Below are positions 55,477 through 64,000 of a DNA stretch of 64,000 nucleotides, piece by piece. The DNA lies in assembly GCA_964594415.1 (NCBI GenBank), contig CAZQLQ010000005.1, forward strand, positions 96 to 64,095, in the 5' to 3' direction. Made by a program: the position numbers and the translations under genes. The notes below the pieces were generated by a model, which worked only from the letters and a program-made list of their open reading frames with translations, was not told the origin of the DNA and searched no databases. The stretch is from an uncultured Candidatus Saccharibacteria bacterium. Its GTDB lineage: Bacteria; Patescibacteriota; CPR2; UBA1875; CAIMLA01. Every line of letters begins with the position of its first letter. Within the stretch, counting starts at the first letter, position 1.

Positions 55477-55979
55477 TATCTATATCTTTCTTCTATGCTC
55501 TTGTTAAGCCAATCCATATACCTATCTAATATTTTGAACAAAATAAACCCGATCAATAAAGTGAATAGTGTTTTTGATGCAAGTGATAAGAAAAAACCAC
55601 TCCATTCGCTGAATCCATCTCTTTGTAGCATGTAGATCTGAAAAATAAAAGTCAGTACGGTTCCAAAAACTATTAGCCATGTATAAGATGCAATCGACAG
55701 GTAGTTTGTTTTTCTAAAAAATAACGCTCTTGAAATCATTGATATAAATACAAAGGTTGCTACGAATAAGCCTAAATTACTGCCAGTTGAATAGTCAAAG
55801 ATAAGACCGCCCAAAAAAGCAATCCAGTAAGTGAAAAACCATCGAACTCTTATCGATAATAGGATAATAAAGGCCAAAAAAACGTATGGAGTGGCTCCAA
55901 ATACCTTAAAATATGGAAGAAAGCTTATTTCAAAAAAAATTAGAAATATTGAGAGTAGCGAAACTGACACGTAATTCAT
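55476..55979 (-). CDS. mreD: Rod shape-determining protein MreD
   Basis: Polytopic ~165-aa membrane protein in the mreBCD position. Confidence 0.65.
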   Translation of the reverse strand: MNYVSVSLLSIFLIFFEISFLPYFKVFGATPYVFLAFIILLSIRVRWFFTYWIAFLGGLIFDYSTGSNLGLFVATFVFISMISRALFFRKTNYLSIASYTWLIVFGTVLTFIFQIYMLQRDGFSEWSGFFLSLASKTLFTLLIGFILFKILDRYMDWLNKSIEERYR

Positions 55980-55983
55980 CTTG

Positions 55984-56775
55984 CTAATCCGTTATTATCA
56001 TTACCCGCTCAAGTCGATCAAAATTTAGAGAAGACCGTACTTTGAGTAATTGAAAAATCGATCCAGACGCTTTTTCAATACCCTCAACCTTGCCGATTAA
56101 CAAGCTTTTGGGATAAGACCCCCCAAGTCCTGAAGTTGCAACATAGTCGCCGATGTTCACTGTTTCGCTTTGTGGGATTTTTTCCAAGATCAGACCGTTA
56201 CCAATCTCGCCATAAACTATTCCTTGAAGGTCTTTAGCAACTAAAGTTGCGGGGATAGCATTTCCGGGGTCTGTGATTAACTGAACTTTAGAAGTATTTT
56301 CAGTAACCGAATAAAGCTTACCAACCAGAAAACCCTCAGAAACAACAACATCTTCGTCTCTTAGCCCATCTCCATAACCTCTATCAATCAAAATTGTATT
56401 ACGTAAATTGTTTGGATCGAAGGATATTATATTTGCAGCTACCAAATTATATTCAGTCGCATTTTTAAAGCCCAAGTCTTTTTTTAGCGATTCGTTCTCT
56501 AGCTTTTGAGCATTAAGTTTAGCATTTTCGCTTAGAGCGATATTAAGTTTTTGTCCTAGTTCATTATTTTCATTTTGCAAGTTTGAAATATTTTTAATAC
56601 TGGAAAAAGAGTTACTTACTTTATACCCCATATTTGACAAGACTATCCCCACAGGAGAAAGAAAACCAGTGATTTTTTTTGAAAGATAATTTGAAGTAGA
56701 TCTATCTATCAAGTAAAGGCCTGAGATAGCGAGTAGAATCAAAAAAATTACATATATATTTTTCTTTTTTTTCAT
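55984..56775 (-). CDS. mreC: Rod shape-determining protein MreC
   Basis: N-terminal TM, coiled coil, and beta-rich periplasmic domain, between mreB and mreD. Confidence 0.75.
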   Translation of the reverse strand: MKKKKNIYVIFLILLAISGLYLIDRSTSNYLSKKITGFLSPVGIVLSNMGYKVSNSFSSIKNISNLQNENNELGQKLNIALSENAKLNAQKLENESLKKDLGFKNATEYNLVAANIISFDPNNLRNTILIDRGYGDGLRDEDVVVSEGFLVGKLYSVTENTSKVQLITDPGNAIPATLVAKDLQGIVYGEIGNGLILEKIPQSETVNIGDYVATSGLGGSYPKSLLIGKVEGIEKASGSIFQLLKVRSSLNFDRLERVMIITD

Positions 56776-56780
56776 AAAAC

Positions 56781-57836
56781 TTATACTTTTGGAGATTTTT
56801 CGTACTGGGTGGTCATCAAAACTTCCTTGAGAAAGTCTATATCCTCAAGTACTAACCCAGTTCCCCTAACCACGCTCGTTAAAGGATCATCAGCGATATG
56901 AACCGGCATTTTGGTATTTAGACTTATTAGTCTATCCAGTCCTCTAAGCAAAGCACCCCCGCCTGCCAAATAAATACCCTTGTCCATAATATCAGCAACA
57001 AGCTCAGGAGGTGTTTCTTCTACAGTCATTTTAATGGCATCTATAATAGATAGGACTGATTTTGAAAGCGCCTGTCGTATCTGGTCACTATCGATAGTAA
57101 TTGCCTTCGGAAGCCCAGTAACCAAATCTCTACCTCGCATAACGGCTTCTAGCCTCTCTTCCATCGGATAAGCAGAGCCAATTGCAATCTTTATATCTTC
57201 GGCGGTTCTTTCGCCAAGTAAAAGATTGTATTCATCCCTTGCGAATTGGATAATATCTTCATTCAGTTCGTCCCCGGCTATTCTAAGAGATCTGGATGCC
57301 ACTATTCCTCCTAATGAAATAACCGCAACTTCAGTAGTACCGCCACCAATATCTACGATCATAGATCCCGCAGCTTCTTGAATCGCCAATCTAGCCCCTA
57401 TAGCTGCAGCCATAGGCTCCTCTATTAAAAAGGCTTGCCTTGCGCCTGCATTTATAGTTGCGTCCTCTACTGCTCTTTTTTCGACCTCAGTCACTCCCGA
57501 AGGTACGCCAACAACTACTCTCGGTCTCGGCATGAGAGAAAAAGACTCTTTATGCACCTTTTCAATAAAATACTTAAGCATTTGTTCGGTTATCTCAAAA
57601 TCGCTAACCACTCCGTCTACAAGCGGTCTTCTAGCCACTATGTTTGCAGGAGTTCTCCCAACCATGCTTTTTGCCGCCTCTCCAATTGCTAGAATTTGCT
57701 TTGTCTTAACATTCAAAGCAACCACAGAGGGCTCGTTTATAACAATCCCCTTGCCTTTTACATAAACTAGGGTGTTTGCTGTTCCCAGGTCTATGCCTAT
57801 ATCGTGGCTAAAATAACCAAACAGTCTGTTTAACAT
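56781..57836 (-). CDS. mreB: Rod shape-determining protein MreB
   Basis: 'GIDLGTANTLVYVKGKGIVINEPSVVA' and 'VDIGGGTTEVAVISLGGIV'. Confidence 0.9.
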   Translation of the reverse strand: MLNRLFGYFSHDIGIDLGTANTLVYVKGKGIVINEPSVVALNVKTKQILAIGEAAKSMVGRTPANIVARRPLVDGVVSDFEITEQMLKYFIEKVHKESFSLMPRPRVVVGVPSGVTEVEKRAVEDATINAGARQAFLIEEPMAAAIGARLAIQEAAGSMIVDIGGGTTEVAVISLGGIVASRSLRIAGDELNEDIIQFARDEYNLLLGERTAEDIKIAIGSAYPMEERLEAVMRGRDLVTGLPKAITIDSDQIRQALSKSVLSIIDAIKMTVEETPPELVADIMDKGIYLAGGGALLRGLDRLISLNTKMPVHIADDPLTSVVRGTGLVLEDIDFLKEVLMTTQYEKSPKV

Positions 57837-57874
57837 TTAAACTCCGTAAAAACAATTTTAACAAATTATCAACT

Positions 57875-59122
57875 TTAACTCAAAAGCCCTGAGATATATT
57901 CAACTATTTGATCTTTTTTGACCAGGGTTTCTTCTTCAGACACTCTCAGTTTCACGCCATAGCTATTTGAGGCTTCCGTTTTTTTGCTGACTATTATTCT
58001 TATTGGCAACCCAATTAAATCGCAATCCGCGAATTTTGTTCCAGCCGATTCGTCCCTATCGTCATACAAAACAGAAACCCCAGCGTTCTTTATTTCCTCA
58101 TAAAGCTTCTGCGTTTCTTTTAATAGATCTTCCTCATTACCGAGGCAAGAAAGATATATCTTATAAGGAGCTACTTCTTTTGGCCAAATAATGCCATTTT
58201 TATCATTGCATGATTCAACAATTACCCCCATAACCCTTGCTGGACCGATTCCATAACAACCCATAATTGGAAATTGCTGTTTACCAGATTCATCAGTAAA
58301 CTTAAGGTCAAACGCCGTAGAAAACCTATTGCCTAATTTGAAAATGTTGCCAACCTCAACTGCTTTTTCGGCTTTGAGCCTCTCATTGCCGCATTCAGGG
58401 CACTTATCAACATCGCTAATGATTTCCTTGTTTATTGCAATCTTACATTTCTCACATATAAAAATGGTATCTTCGCCTGCAGAGCTAACTGTCTGAAACT
58501 CATGTGAGTATTTACTAAAATCACCACCAGAAGCATAAGTCTTATATGTTATTCCGCCAATTCCGCATTTATCAAAAATATTTTTATAAGCCTCAGCCGC
58601 TTTGTCATAAAAAGAGTTCATACAATCTTCACTTGCGTGAAATGAATATAAGTCCTTCATTATAAACTCCCTTGTCCGCAGTAAGCCAGATTTTGCTCTA
58701 AGTTCATCCCGAAATTTGTCTTGAAACTGATAGAGAGCCAATGGGAGATCTCTGTAAGAGTTAATGTATCTGAGTGCAAGGGGAGTAATTATTTCTTCGT
58801 GAGTCCAACCAAAAACATACTCCTGACCAGTCTTAGACTTGGTCTTAAATGCCACATCTGCGTCATATCTGCCAGTTTTCTTCCAAAAGTCAGATAAATG
58901 GAGCGCTGGTAATAATAGCTCAACAGCTCCCAAGCTATCCATCTCTTTACGAATAATGTCTATAATGTTGTTAAGCACGGTTAGCCCTAAAGGCAAAAAG
59001 GAATAAACTCCTGTTGCTGTTTGATCGATAAAGCCAGCCCTTATAAGCAAATCCGCATTAACGCTTTCAACTTCTTTCGGCCGCTCTTTTCTGGTTTTTA
59101 ATTTCAAAGTCGAAAATCTCAT
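57875..59122 (-). CDS. proS: Prolyl-tRNA synthetase, compact form lacking the INS editing domain
   Basis: 'LLIRAGFIDQTATGVYSFLPLGLTVL', motif 2 'FRDELRAKSGLLRTREFIMKDLYSF', and motif 3 'GCYGIGPARV'. Only 415 aa, with a Cys4 insertion 'CEKC...CPEC'. Confidence 0.8.
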   Translation of the reverse strand: MRFSTLKLKTRKERPKEVESVNADLLIRAGFIDQTATGVYSFLPLGLTVLNNIIDIIRKEMDSLGAVELLLPALHLSDFWKKTGRYDADVAFKTKSKTGQEYVFGWTHEEIITPLALRYINSYRDLPLALYQFQDKFRDELRAKSGLLRTREFIMKDLYSFHASEDCMNSFYDKAAEAYKNIFDKCGIGGITYKTYASGGDFSKYSHEFQTVSSAGEDTIFICEKCKIAINKEIISDVDKCPECGNERLKAEKAVEVGNIFKLGNRFSTAFDLKFTDESGKQQFPIMGCYGIGPARVMGVIVESCNDKNGIIWPKEVAPYKIYLSCLGNEEDLLKETQKLYEEIKNAGVSVLYDDRDESAGTKFADCDLIGLPIRIIVSKKTEASNSYGVKLRVSEEETLVKKDQIVEYISGLLS

Positions 59123-59123
59123 A

Positions 59124-60284
59124 TTACCCCCTTATTTTTTCTATTATTGAATCCCAGATATCAAAACTTACAAAATCCTTAACCGTTACCGTAATCATTA
59201 GTAAAATAAGCAATGAAAAACCTGTTATCTGAATTAAATTTTTAGTTTTAAGTGAAAATTTTCGTTTCGTGATAAATTCCAGTACCGTAAACATCAGATG
59301 TCCGCCATCAAGTGCTGGAATTGGTAGTATATTAAATACTGCTAGGCTTAGACTTAAGATAGCCGTAAACTGTAATAATGAAACAAATCCAAGATGTGCA
59401 AAATAGCTTGTTGCTACCACGATCCCAATTGGCCCCGTAACATCTTGACTTATATTGAATTTAACAATTACTTGCTTAAATAAATCAACTATCGCAAAAA
59501 AAGTTAATTTAGATATTCTTCCAGTTTCCGAAATAGCTGCTAGAAAAGAATAATAAGGGTTGGCTTTCATAACTCCTTTTGTTTCTAGAACAACCCCAAC
59601 CCTGCTAACTTCAATTTCCTTATTACCAGAAGTTATTTTAGACTTATAAGTAGAAAGCGTTTTTTCTAAAATCTCACCATTTCTATCGATAGTTATTCTA
59701 GCGGTTGCCCCTTCATCGGTTTTCTTATTGTAAATTATGCTCAATACCTCATCGCTTAGAAAAATTTCTTCTCCGTCAACTTTCTTAATAATATCCCCGC
59801 TAAGGATGCCCATTTTTTCAGCAGGGCTGTCTTTTTCAACTTCCTTAATTACCACTTTTTGATTATTAACCACCCCTTTATGTTCCCACATTCCTTTGTA
59901 TATTGCCTGCGTACCAACCATAAAACAAATCCAAAACAAAATTACTGCTAGGAAAAAATTCATTAAAACGCCAGCTATATAGATAAATAAAAGCTCAAGA
60001 GGAGACTTTGAAAGCATACTGCGTTTATTTTTTTCTTCCCTTTCGAGGTCTTCTTTCTCAAGTTCGGCCTCATTTTCGCCGCGTAAGCTAACATATCCGC
60101 CAAGTGGTAAGGCGTTAATGGCATATCTTGTTTCTCCAATTTTTTTACTCCATATCTTTGGTGGAAATCCAAAAGCGAATGTTTTAACTTCAACTCCAAC
60201 TTTTTTTGCAGCCAAAAAATGACCAAGCTCATGTACGAATACTACTAGTGAAAATATGAATATAAAAGCTAATATGGTTGTCAT
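59124..60284 (-). CDS. rseP: Site-2 (RIP) zinc metalloprotease RseP
   Basis: 'FVHELGHFLAAK' (HExxH), a PDZ domain, and C-terminal 'NILPIPALDGG'. Confidence 0.85.
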   Translation of the reverse strand: MTTILAFIFIFSLVVFVHELGHFLAAKKVGVEVKTFAFGFPPKIWSKKIGETRYAINALPLGGYVSLRGENEAELEKEDLEREEKNKRSMLSKSPLELLFIYIAGVLMNFFLAVILFWICFMVGTQAIYKGMWEHKGVVNNQKVVIKEVEKDSPAEKMGILSGDIIKKVDGEEIFLSDEVLSIIYNKKTDEGATARITIDRNGEILEKTLSTYKSKITSGNKEIEVSRVGVVLETKGVMKANPYYSFLAAISETGRISKLTFFAIVDLFKQVIVKFNISQDVTGPIGIVVATSYFAHLGFVSLLQFTAILSLSLAVFNILPIPALDGGHLMFTVLEFITKRKFSLKTKNLIQITGFSLLILLMITVTVKDFVSFDIWDSIIEKIRG

Positions 60285-61324
60285 TATCTCTCCTTAACTT
60301 TTGGTAAAAACGACGAACAAATCGCAAGAATTTTTTCCTTACGTTCTTGATCTAAGCTCATCTTATCGATCGCCTCAGTATATAATTTAACATAATACTC
60401 CAATTTTACCCATACATCATTGAAGACATCCTTTTCATCTATGAGTTTTTTTATTTCTTTTGCTTCAACTAATGAAATCTGTTTTTCCTTGGAATAAAAT
60501 TTATTTATATAATCTTTTTCCAAATCATTACACTTCTCATAAAAATAAATAATAGGAAGTGTTTTTTTCTTTTCTAAAATATCATTAAGTTCCTCTTTCC
60601 CCGTCGCCTCTTTTGAGCTCCATAAAGAAGCCAGATCATCAAGAATTTGATATGCTATACCGAAGTTTAGACCAAATTTCCACAAATTATCTACTTCCGA
60701 ATCGTCTAAATCTAACACCATACCACTTGCTTTTACAGACGCTCCAATAAGTACCGCGCTCTTTTTTGTAATCATTTCAAAATATTTTTCAGTACTAATC
60801 TTTTTGTCATTAATATTATTCTCTGCTAGTTCGAAGTCAAGAAATTGCCCCTCAGCAACCTGAAGATAGCATTCAAACAAAAATTTTTGAACTTCTTGAA
60901 TATTTTTGCAATCTAGTTTTAGCAACTCTATATTAGCAAGGAGCAATTGAGCATCCCCAGTATTAATTCCATGGTTTATCCCCCATACCTTCCAAACTGT
61001 TGGCCGATTTCTGCGAAGCTCGTCCCTATCCTCAATATCATCATGAATCAATGTAAAATTATGAAATATTTCTATAGCGGCCGCAACCGGAATGCACTGC
61101 TCTTTCTTTCCGTATAAGTCTGCAAAAAATAAGCACAGTGCGGACCTCATTCTTTTGCCCGCATAAATATTTGCCGGCCTGAAATTTTCGTCAGCGTATC
61201 CGAAAAAGTATCTCATCATGTCGTACAGCTGATAATCTTTTCTTGTATCTAAAAGGCTTTTTATCTCGATATCAATACAATCTATATAGTCTTCTAAATC
61301 TTTTAGTTCTTCGTGTTTTTTCAT
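60284..61324 (-). CDS. Polyprenyl diphosphate synthase (trans-isoprenyl diphosphate synthase family)
   Basis: First aspartate-rich motif 'LIHDDIEDRDELRRNRPT' and second motif 'QILDDLASL'. Confidence 0.75.
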   Translation of the reverse strand: MKKHEELKDLEDYIDCIDIEIKSLLDTRKDYQLYDMMRYFFGYADENFRPANIYAGKRMRSALCLFFADLYGKKEQCIPVAAAIEIFHNFTLIHDDIEDRDELRRNRPTVWKVWGINHGINTGDAQLLLANIELLKLDCKNIQEVQKFLFECYLQVAEGQFLDFELAENNINDKKISTEKYFEMITKKSAVLIGASVKASGMVLDLDDSEVDNLWKFGLNFGIAYQILDDLASLWSSKEATGKEELNDILEKKKTLPIIYFYEKCNDLEKDYINKFYSKEKQISLVEAKEIKKLIDEKDVFNDVWVKLEYYVKLYTEAIDKMSLDQERKEKILAICSSFLPKVKER

Positions 61325-61326
61325 TC

Positions 61327-62049
61327 TTATTTCCCAAAATTACGCTTTGTCGCTGCATAAAAATCTAGAGCAGCTTTTACATCTGACTCTTTAATATCGG
61401 GCCAGAGAATATCCGTAAAATAAAGTTCCGAATAAGTAGATTGCCATGTAAGAAAGTTCGATAAGCGAAACTGCCCGCCCGTTCTAATTATCAAATCTGG
61501 ATCTTCTTGCCCCTTAGTATATAGACTTTCCTCGATATCCGACTCTGTAATTCTCTTTTTTCCAGAGCTAATTAAGCTGTTTACAGCATCGACTATCTCG
61601 GCTCTTCCTCCATACGAGAAAGCTACATTAATCTTCCCTCTATCATTTTCTTTTGTTTTTTGTTCAAGGATATCTATTGCTTTTAATATATCTGGTGGTA
61701 GGTCTTCTTTTCTCCCAATATGTCTAAAACAAAGTTTCTCCTTAATTATTTTTCTTCCGCTTACCTTAAAGGCATATCGTAAAAGCTCTAGAATATCATC
61801 GACTTCGGATTTTTCTCTTTGCCAGTTTTCAGAAGAAAAGGCATATACAGTGATCGTGTTTACCCCTTGTGTAAATAAAAATTCCATAACTTTTAGAAAG
61901 ACTTCGTATCCCTCTTTATGTCCAGCGGCTGACGATATTCCTCTTTGCTTAGCCCAGCGTCTGTTACCGTCCATTATTATTGCAACATGGCCTGGAATGG
62001 TTATGGCGTCCTTATTACTTTCATTTATGTTAGGATTTTTAGACTTCAA
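61327..62049 (-). CDS. uppS: Undecaprenyl diphosphate synthase
   Basis: 'PGHVAIIMDGNRRWAKQRG' and 'RTGGQFRLSNFLTWQ'. Confidence 0.9.
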   Translation of the reverse strand: MKSKNPNINESNKDAITIPGHVAIIMDGNRRWAKQRGISSAAGHKEGYEVFLKVMEFLFTQGVNTITVYAFSSENWQREKSEVDDILELLRYAFKVSGRKIIKEKLCFRHIGRKEDLPPDILKAIDILEQKTKENDRGKINVAFSYGGRAEIVDAVNSLISSGKKRITESDIEESLYTKGQEDPDLIIRTGGQFRLSNFLTWQSTYSELYFTDILWPDIKESDVKAALDFYAATKRNFGK

Positions 62050-62596
62050 GTAGCTCTTTCTCTTTTGCTGAAAAAATCTCTTCTATCTTTTTGTTATAAC
62101 TATCCACCAGCTTCTGAACTTCTTCTTCACCTCTATACATATCATCTTCACCTATCTCTCCATCTGTTTTTGCTTTTTTTATAGAACTCCAGACTTCGGC
62201 TCTTGCATTCCTAACAGCAACTCTGGCCTCTTCAGTTTTTTCTTTGCAGACTTTTACATATTCTCTCCTGCGCTCTTCGGTTAATTCAGGGATATTTATT
62301 CTAATAACATCGCCCGCATTTACCGGATTAAATCCCAGACTAGACTCCCTGATAGCTACTTCTATTTGTACCGTAACAGATCTGTCCCAAGGCTGTATCA
62401 ATATCTGCCTTGCTTCAGGTATCGTAATATTAGCAATTTGCCTGATTGTCTGTTTAGTGCCATAAACATCAACAAGAATAGAGTCAACCATGGAAACCGA
62501 GGCTCTGCCTGTATGGATATTGTTTAGTTCTGCTTTTAGGAATTCAATGGATTTGTCTAGTTTAGGTGTTAGTTCTTTTAAATAGTTGTTTAACAT
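62039..62596 (-). CDS. frr: Ribosome recycling factor
   Basis: 185 aa with 'IPELTEERRREYVKVCKEKTEEARVAVRNAR'. Confidence 0.9.
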   Translation of the reverse strand: MLNNYLKELTPKLDKSIEFLKAELNNIHTGRASVSMVDSILVDVYGTKQTIRQIANITIPEARQILIQPWDRSVTVQIEVAIRESSLGFNPVNAGDVIRINIPELTEERRREYVKVCKEKTEEARVAVRNARAEVWSSIKKAKTDGEIGEDDMYRGEEEVQKLVDSYNKKIEEIFSAKEKELLEV

Positions 62597-62622
62597 AGGC
62601 TAATCCTTTCCTTTGTTTATAT

Positions 62623-63213
62623 TTATTTTCCCAGTTCGTATCTCACAAATCGCCTTACAGCAATCTTCTCTCCTATTGCAGCTGTCTTCTCGTTTATCAA
62701 GTCTCCAACCGTTATGTCAGGATTTTTAATAAAGGGCTGTTTGATCAAACAAACCCCAGAAAAATACTTTTCCAGTTTTCCTGAAATAATTTTCTCCAAA
62801 ACTTCTTTCGGCTTATCAGATCCCTCTAGTCTTGCTAATTCAATTTCCTTTTCTTTTTCGATTATTTCAGCCGGAATCTCCTCCGGACTAACATATTCAG
62901 GAGCAGCCGCCGCAACATGCATTACAAGATCGTTTGCTAAATTAATAAAATCTTGATTTCTTGCAACAAAATCAGTTTCAGAGTTTAGCTCAAGAAGTGC
63001 GCCTATCCTGCCATTATGTATATATGAGACCACTATCCCTTCTTTTGCTTCTCTTTCAGCTCTCTTGGCCGCAGTAGCGGCACCTTTTTTCCTCAAGATT
63101 TCAATTGCTTTTACAAAATCACCAGCTGCCTCTTCGAGAGCCTTCTTACAATCCATCATCCCTGCGCCAGTCTGTTCCCTGAGCTTTGCTATATCTTGTG
63201 TACTAATTGCCAT
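62623..63213 (-). CDS. tsf: Elongation factor Ts (short form)
   Basis: 'LREQTGAGMMDCKKALEEAAGDFVKAIEILRKKG' UBA-like N-terminus; 196 aa. Confidence 0.9.
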   Translation of the reverse strand: MAISTQDIAKLREQTGAGMMDCKKALEEAAGDFVKAIEILRKKGAATAAKRAEREAKEGIVVSYIHNGRIGALLELNSETDFVARNQDFINLANDLVMHVAAAAPEYVSPEEIPAEIIEKEKEIELARLEGSDKPKEVLEKIISGKLEKYFSGVCLIKQPFIKNPDITVGDLINEKTAAIGEKIAVRRFVRYELGK

Positions 63214-63221
63214 AATCTCTC

Positions 63222-63920
63222 CTACGCCGCAACTGCTTCTTTATTAGAAACCGGCTTATTTTCATTAATTACTCTTGCGATCTCATTGGAGAAAAGCATA
63301 ATAGATTTCACGGCGTCGTCATTACCAGGAATAACATAATCAACTTCGTCTGGGTTTGCGTTCGTATCAACAACAGCGATAACAGGTATCCCAAGTTTTT
63401 TTGCTTCTCTAACAGCGTTTATTTCTTTCATGACATCAACCACAAATAGAGCATCGGGCAATTTTATCATTTTCTCAATTCCGCCCAAGTTCAGCTTAAG
63501 CTTTTTAGCTTGTTTGGTAGCAACAACTAACTGCTTCTTTGTATTAAAGTCATTTTTTTCAATTTTTTCATTTAGCTTTCTTAGGGTTTCGAGTTGGGAC
63601 AAAATTGTTTCAAAATTGGTTAACATCCCACCTAACCATCTCTCTGTTACGAAAGGCATATCTGAATTTGTTGCTGCCTCTTTAATAATTGCCTGAGCTT
63701 GCTTCTTGGTTCCTACGAAGAGTATTGTACCATTATTTGAAGCGATATTTCTAACGAGAACAAGAGCTTTTTCAAGACTTTCTTCCGTTTTCGCAAGATC
63801 AAATATATGAACCCCACCTCTTTCAGTAAAAATAAAAGGAGCCATTTTGGGATTCCATCGCGAACTTTGGTGTCCAAAGTGTACTCCTGCTTCAAGCATG
63901 TCTTTCATTGTTACATTCAT
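63222..63920 (-). CDS. rpsB: 30S ribosomal protein S2
   Basis: 'MKDMLEAGVHFGHQSSRWNPKMAPFIF'. Confidence 0.9.
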   Translation of the reverse strand: MNVTMKDMLEAGVHFGHQSSRWNPKMAPFIFTERGGVHIFDLAKTEESLEKALVLVRNIASNNGTILFVGTKKQAQAIIKEAATNSDMPFVTERWLGGMLTNFETILSQLETLRKLNEKIEKNDFNTKKQLVVATKQAKKLKLNLGGIEKMIKLPDALFVVDVMKEINAVREAKKLGIPVIAVVDTNANPDEVDYVIPGNDDAVKSIMLFSNEIARVINENKPVSNKEAVAA

Positions 63921-64000
63921 TTTTTCTCCTTTTCTGCTCTTTTAAAGAGCCCTCCACCTTTTCGGCCACCCATCATTATGGGAGGAGTTAAGATAAAAGG

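Overview
This is a ~64 kb, gene-dense, low-GC (roughly one-third GC judged by eye, not computed) bacterial chromosomal segment. About 90% of coding sequence is on the minus strand. Most of it is core housekeeping: secA, hpf, serS, class I lysK, greA, glyQS, recO, two PBPs, mreBCD-mrdA, dnaB, dnaX, recR/ybaB, tgt, cysS, proS, rplJ-rplL, glyA-folD-folA-thyA-dcd, and rpsB-tsf-frr-uppS-rseP. Several traits fit a Candidate Phyla Radiation / Patescibacteria-like reduced genome, though this is inference only. These traits are a class I LysRS, a ProRS without the editing domain, no pyrH/cdsA/dxr in the conserved rpsB block, and a eukaryotic-type GT3 glycogen synthase. Accessory or unusual content: (1) At the left end, a GC-rich modular repeat family in three copies brackets a compositionally foreign GC-rich membrane-protein gene and an LPXTG sortase-substrate surface protein; the repeats carry the promoters for both genes. 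(2) A glycogen cluster encodes both GT3 and GT5 synthases plus a GH57 enzyme. (3) A 1082-aa fusion combines a NodB deacetylase with a NodC-like GT2 synthase, followed by a secreted 3D/RlpA-like protein. (4) A small island next to tRNA-Gln(UUG) contains three translationally coupled micro-genes, a membrane-anchored APH/ChoK-fold protein with a degenerate active site, a duplicated promoter plus 5' gene fragment, and a 21-nt direct repeat of the tRNA 3' end. (5) A GtrA/GT2/GT-C glycosylation locus. (6) An expanded rplJ-rplL spacer with acidic micro-ORFs, and an acidic N-terminal extension on L7/L12. No CRISPR array, rRNA or transposase was seen.
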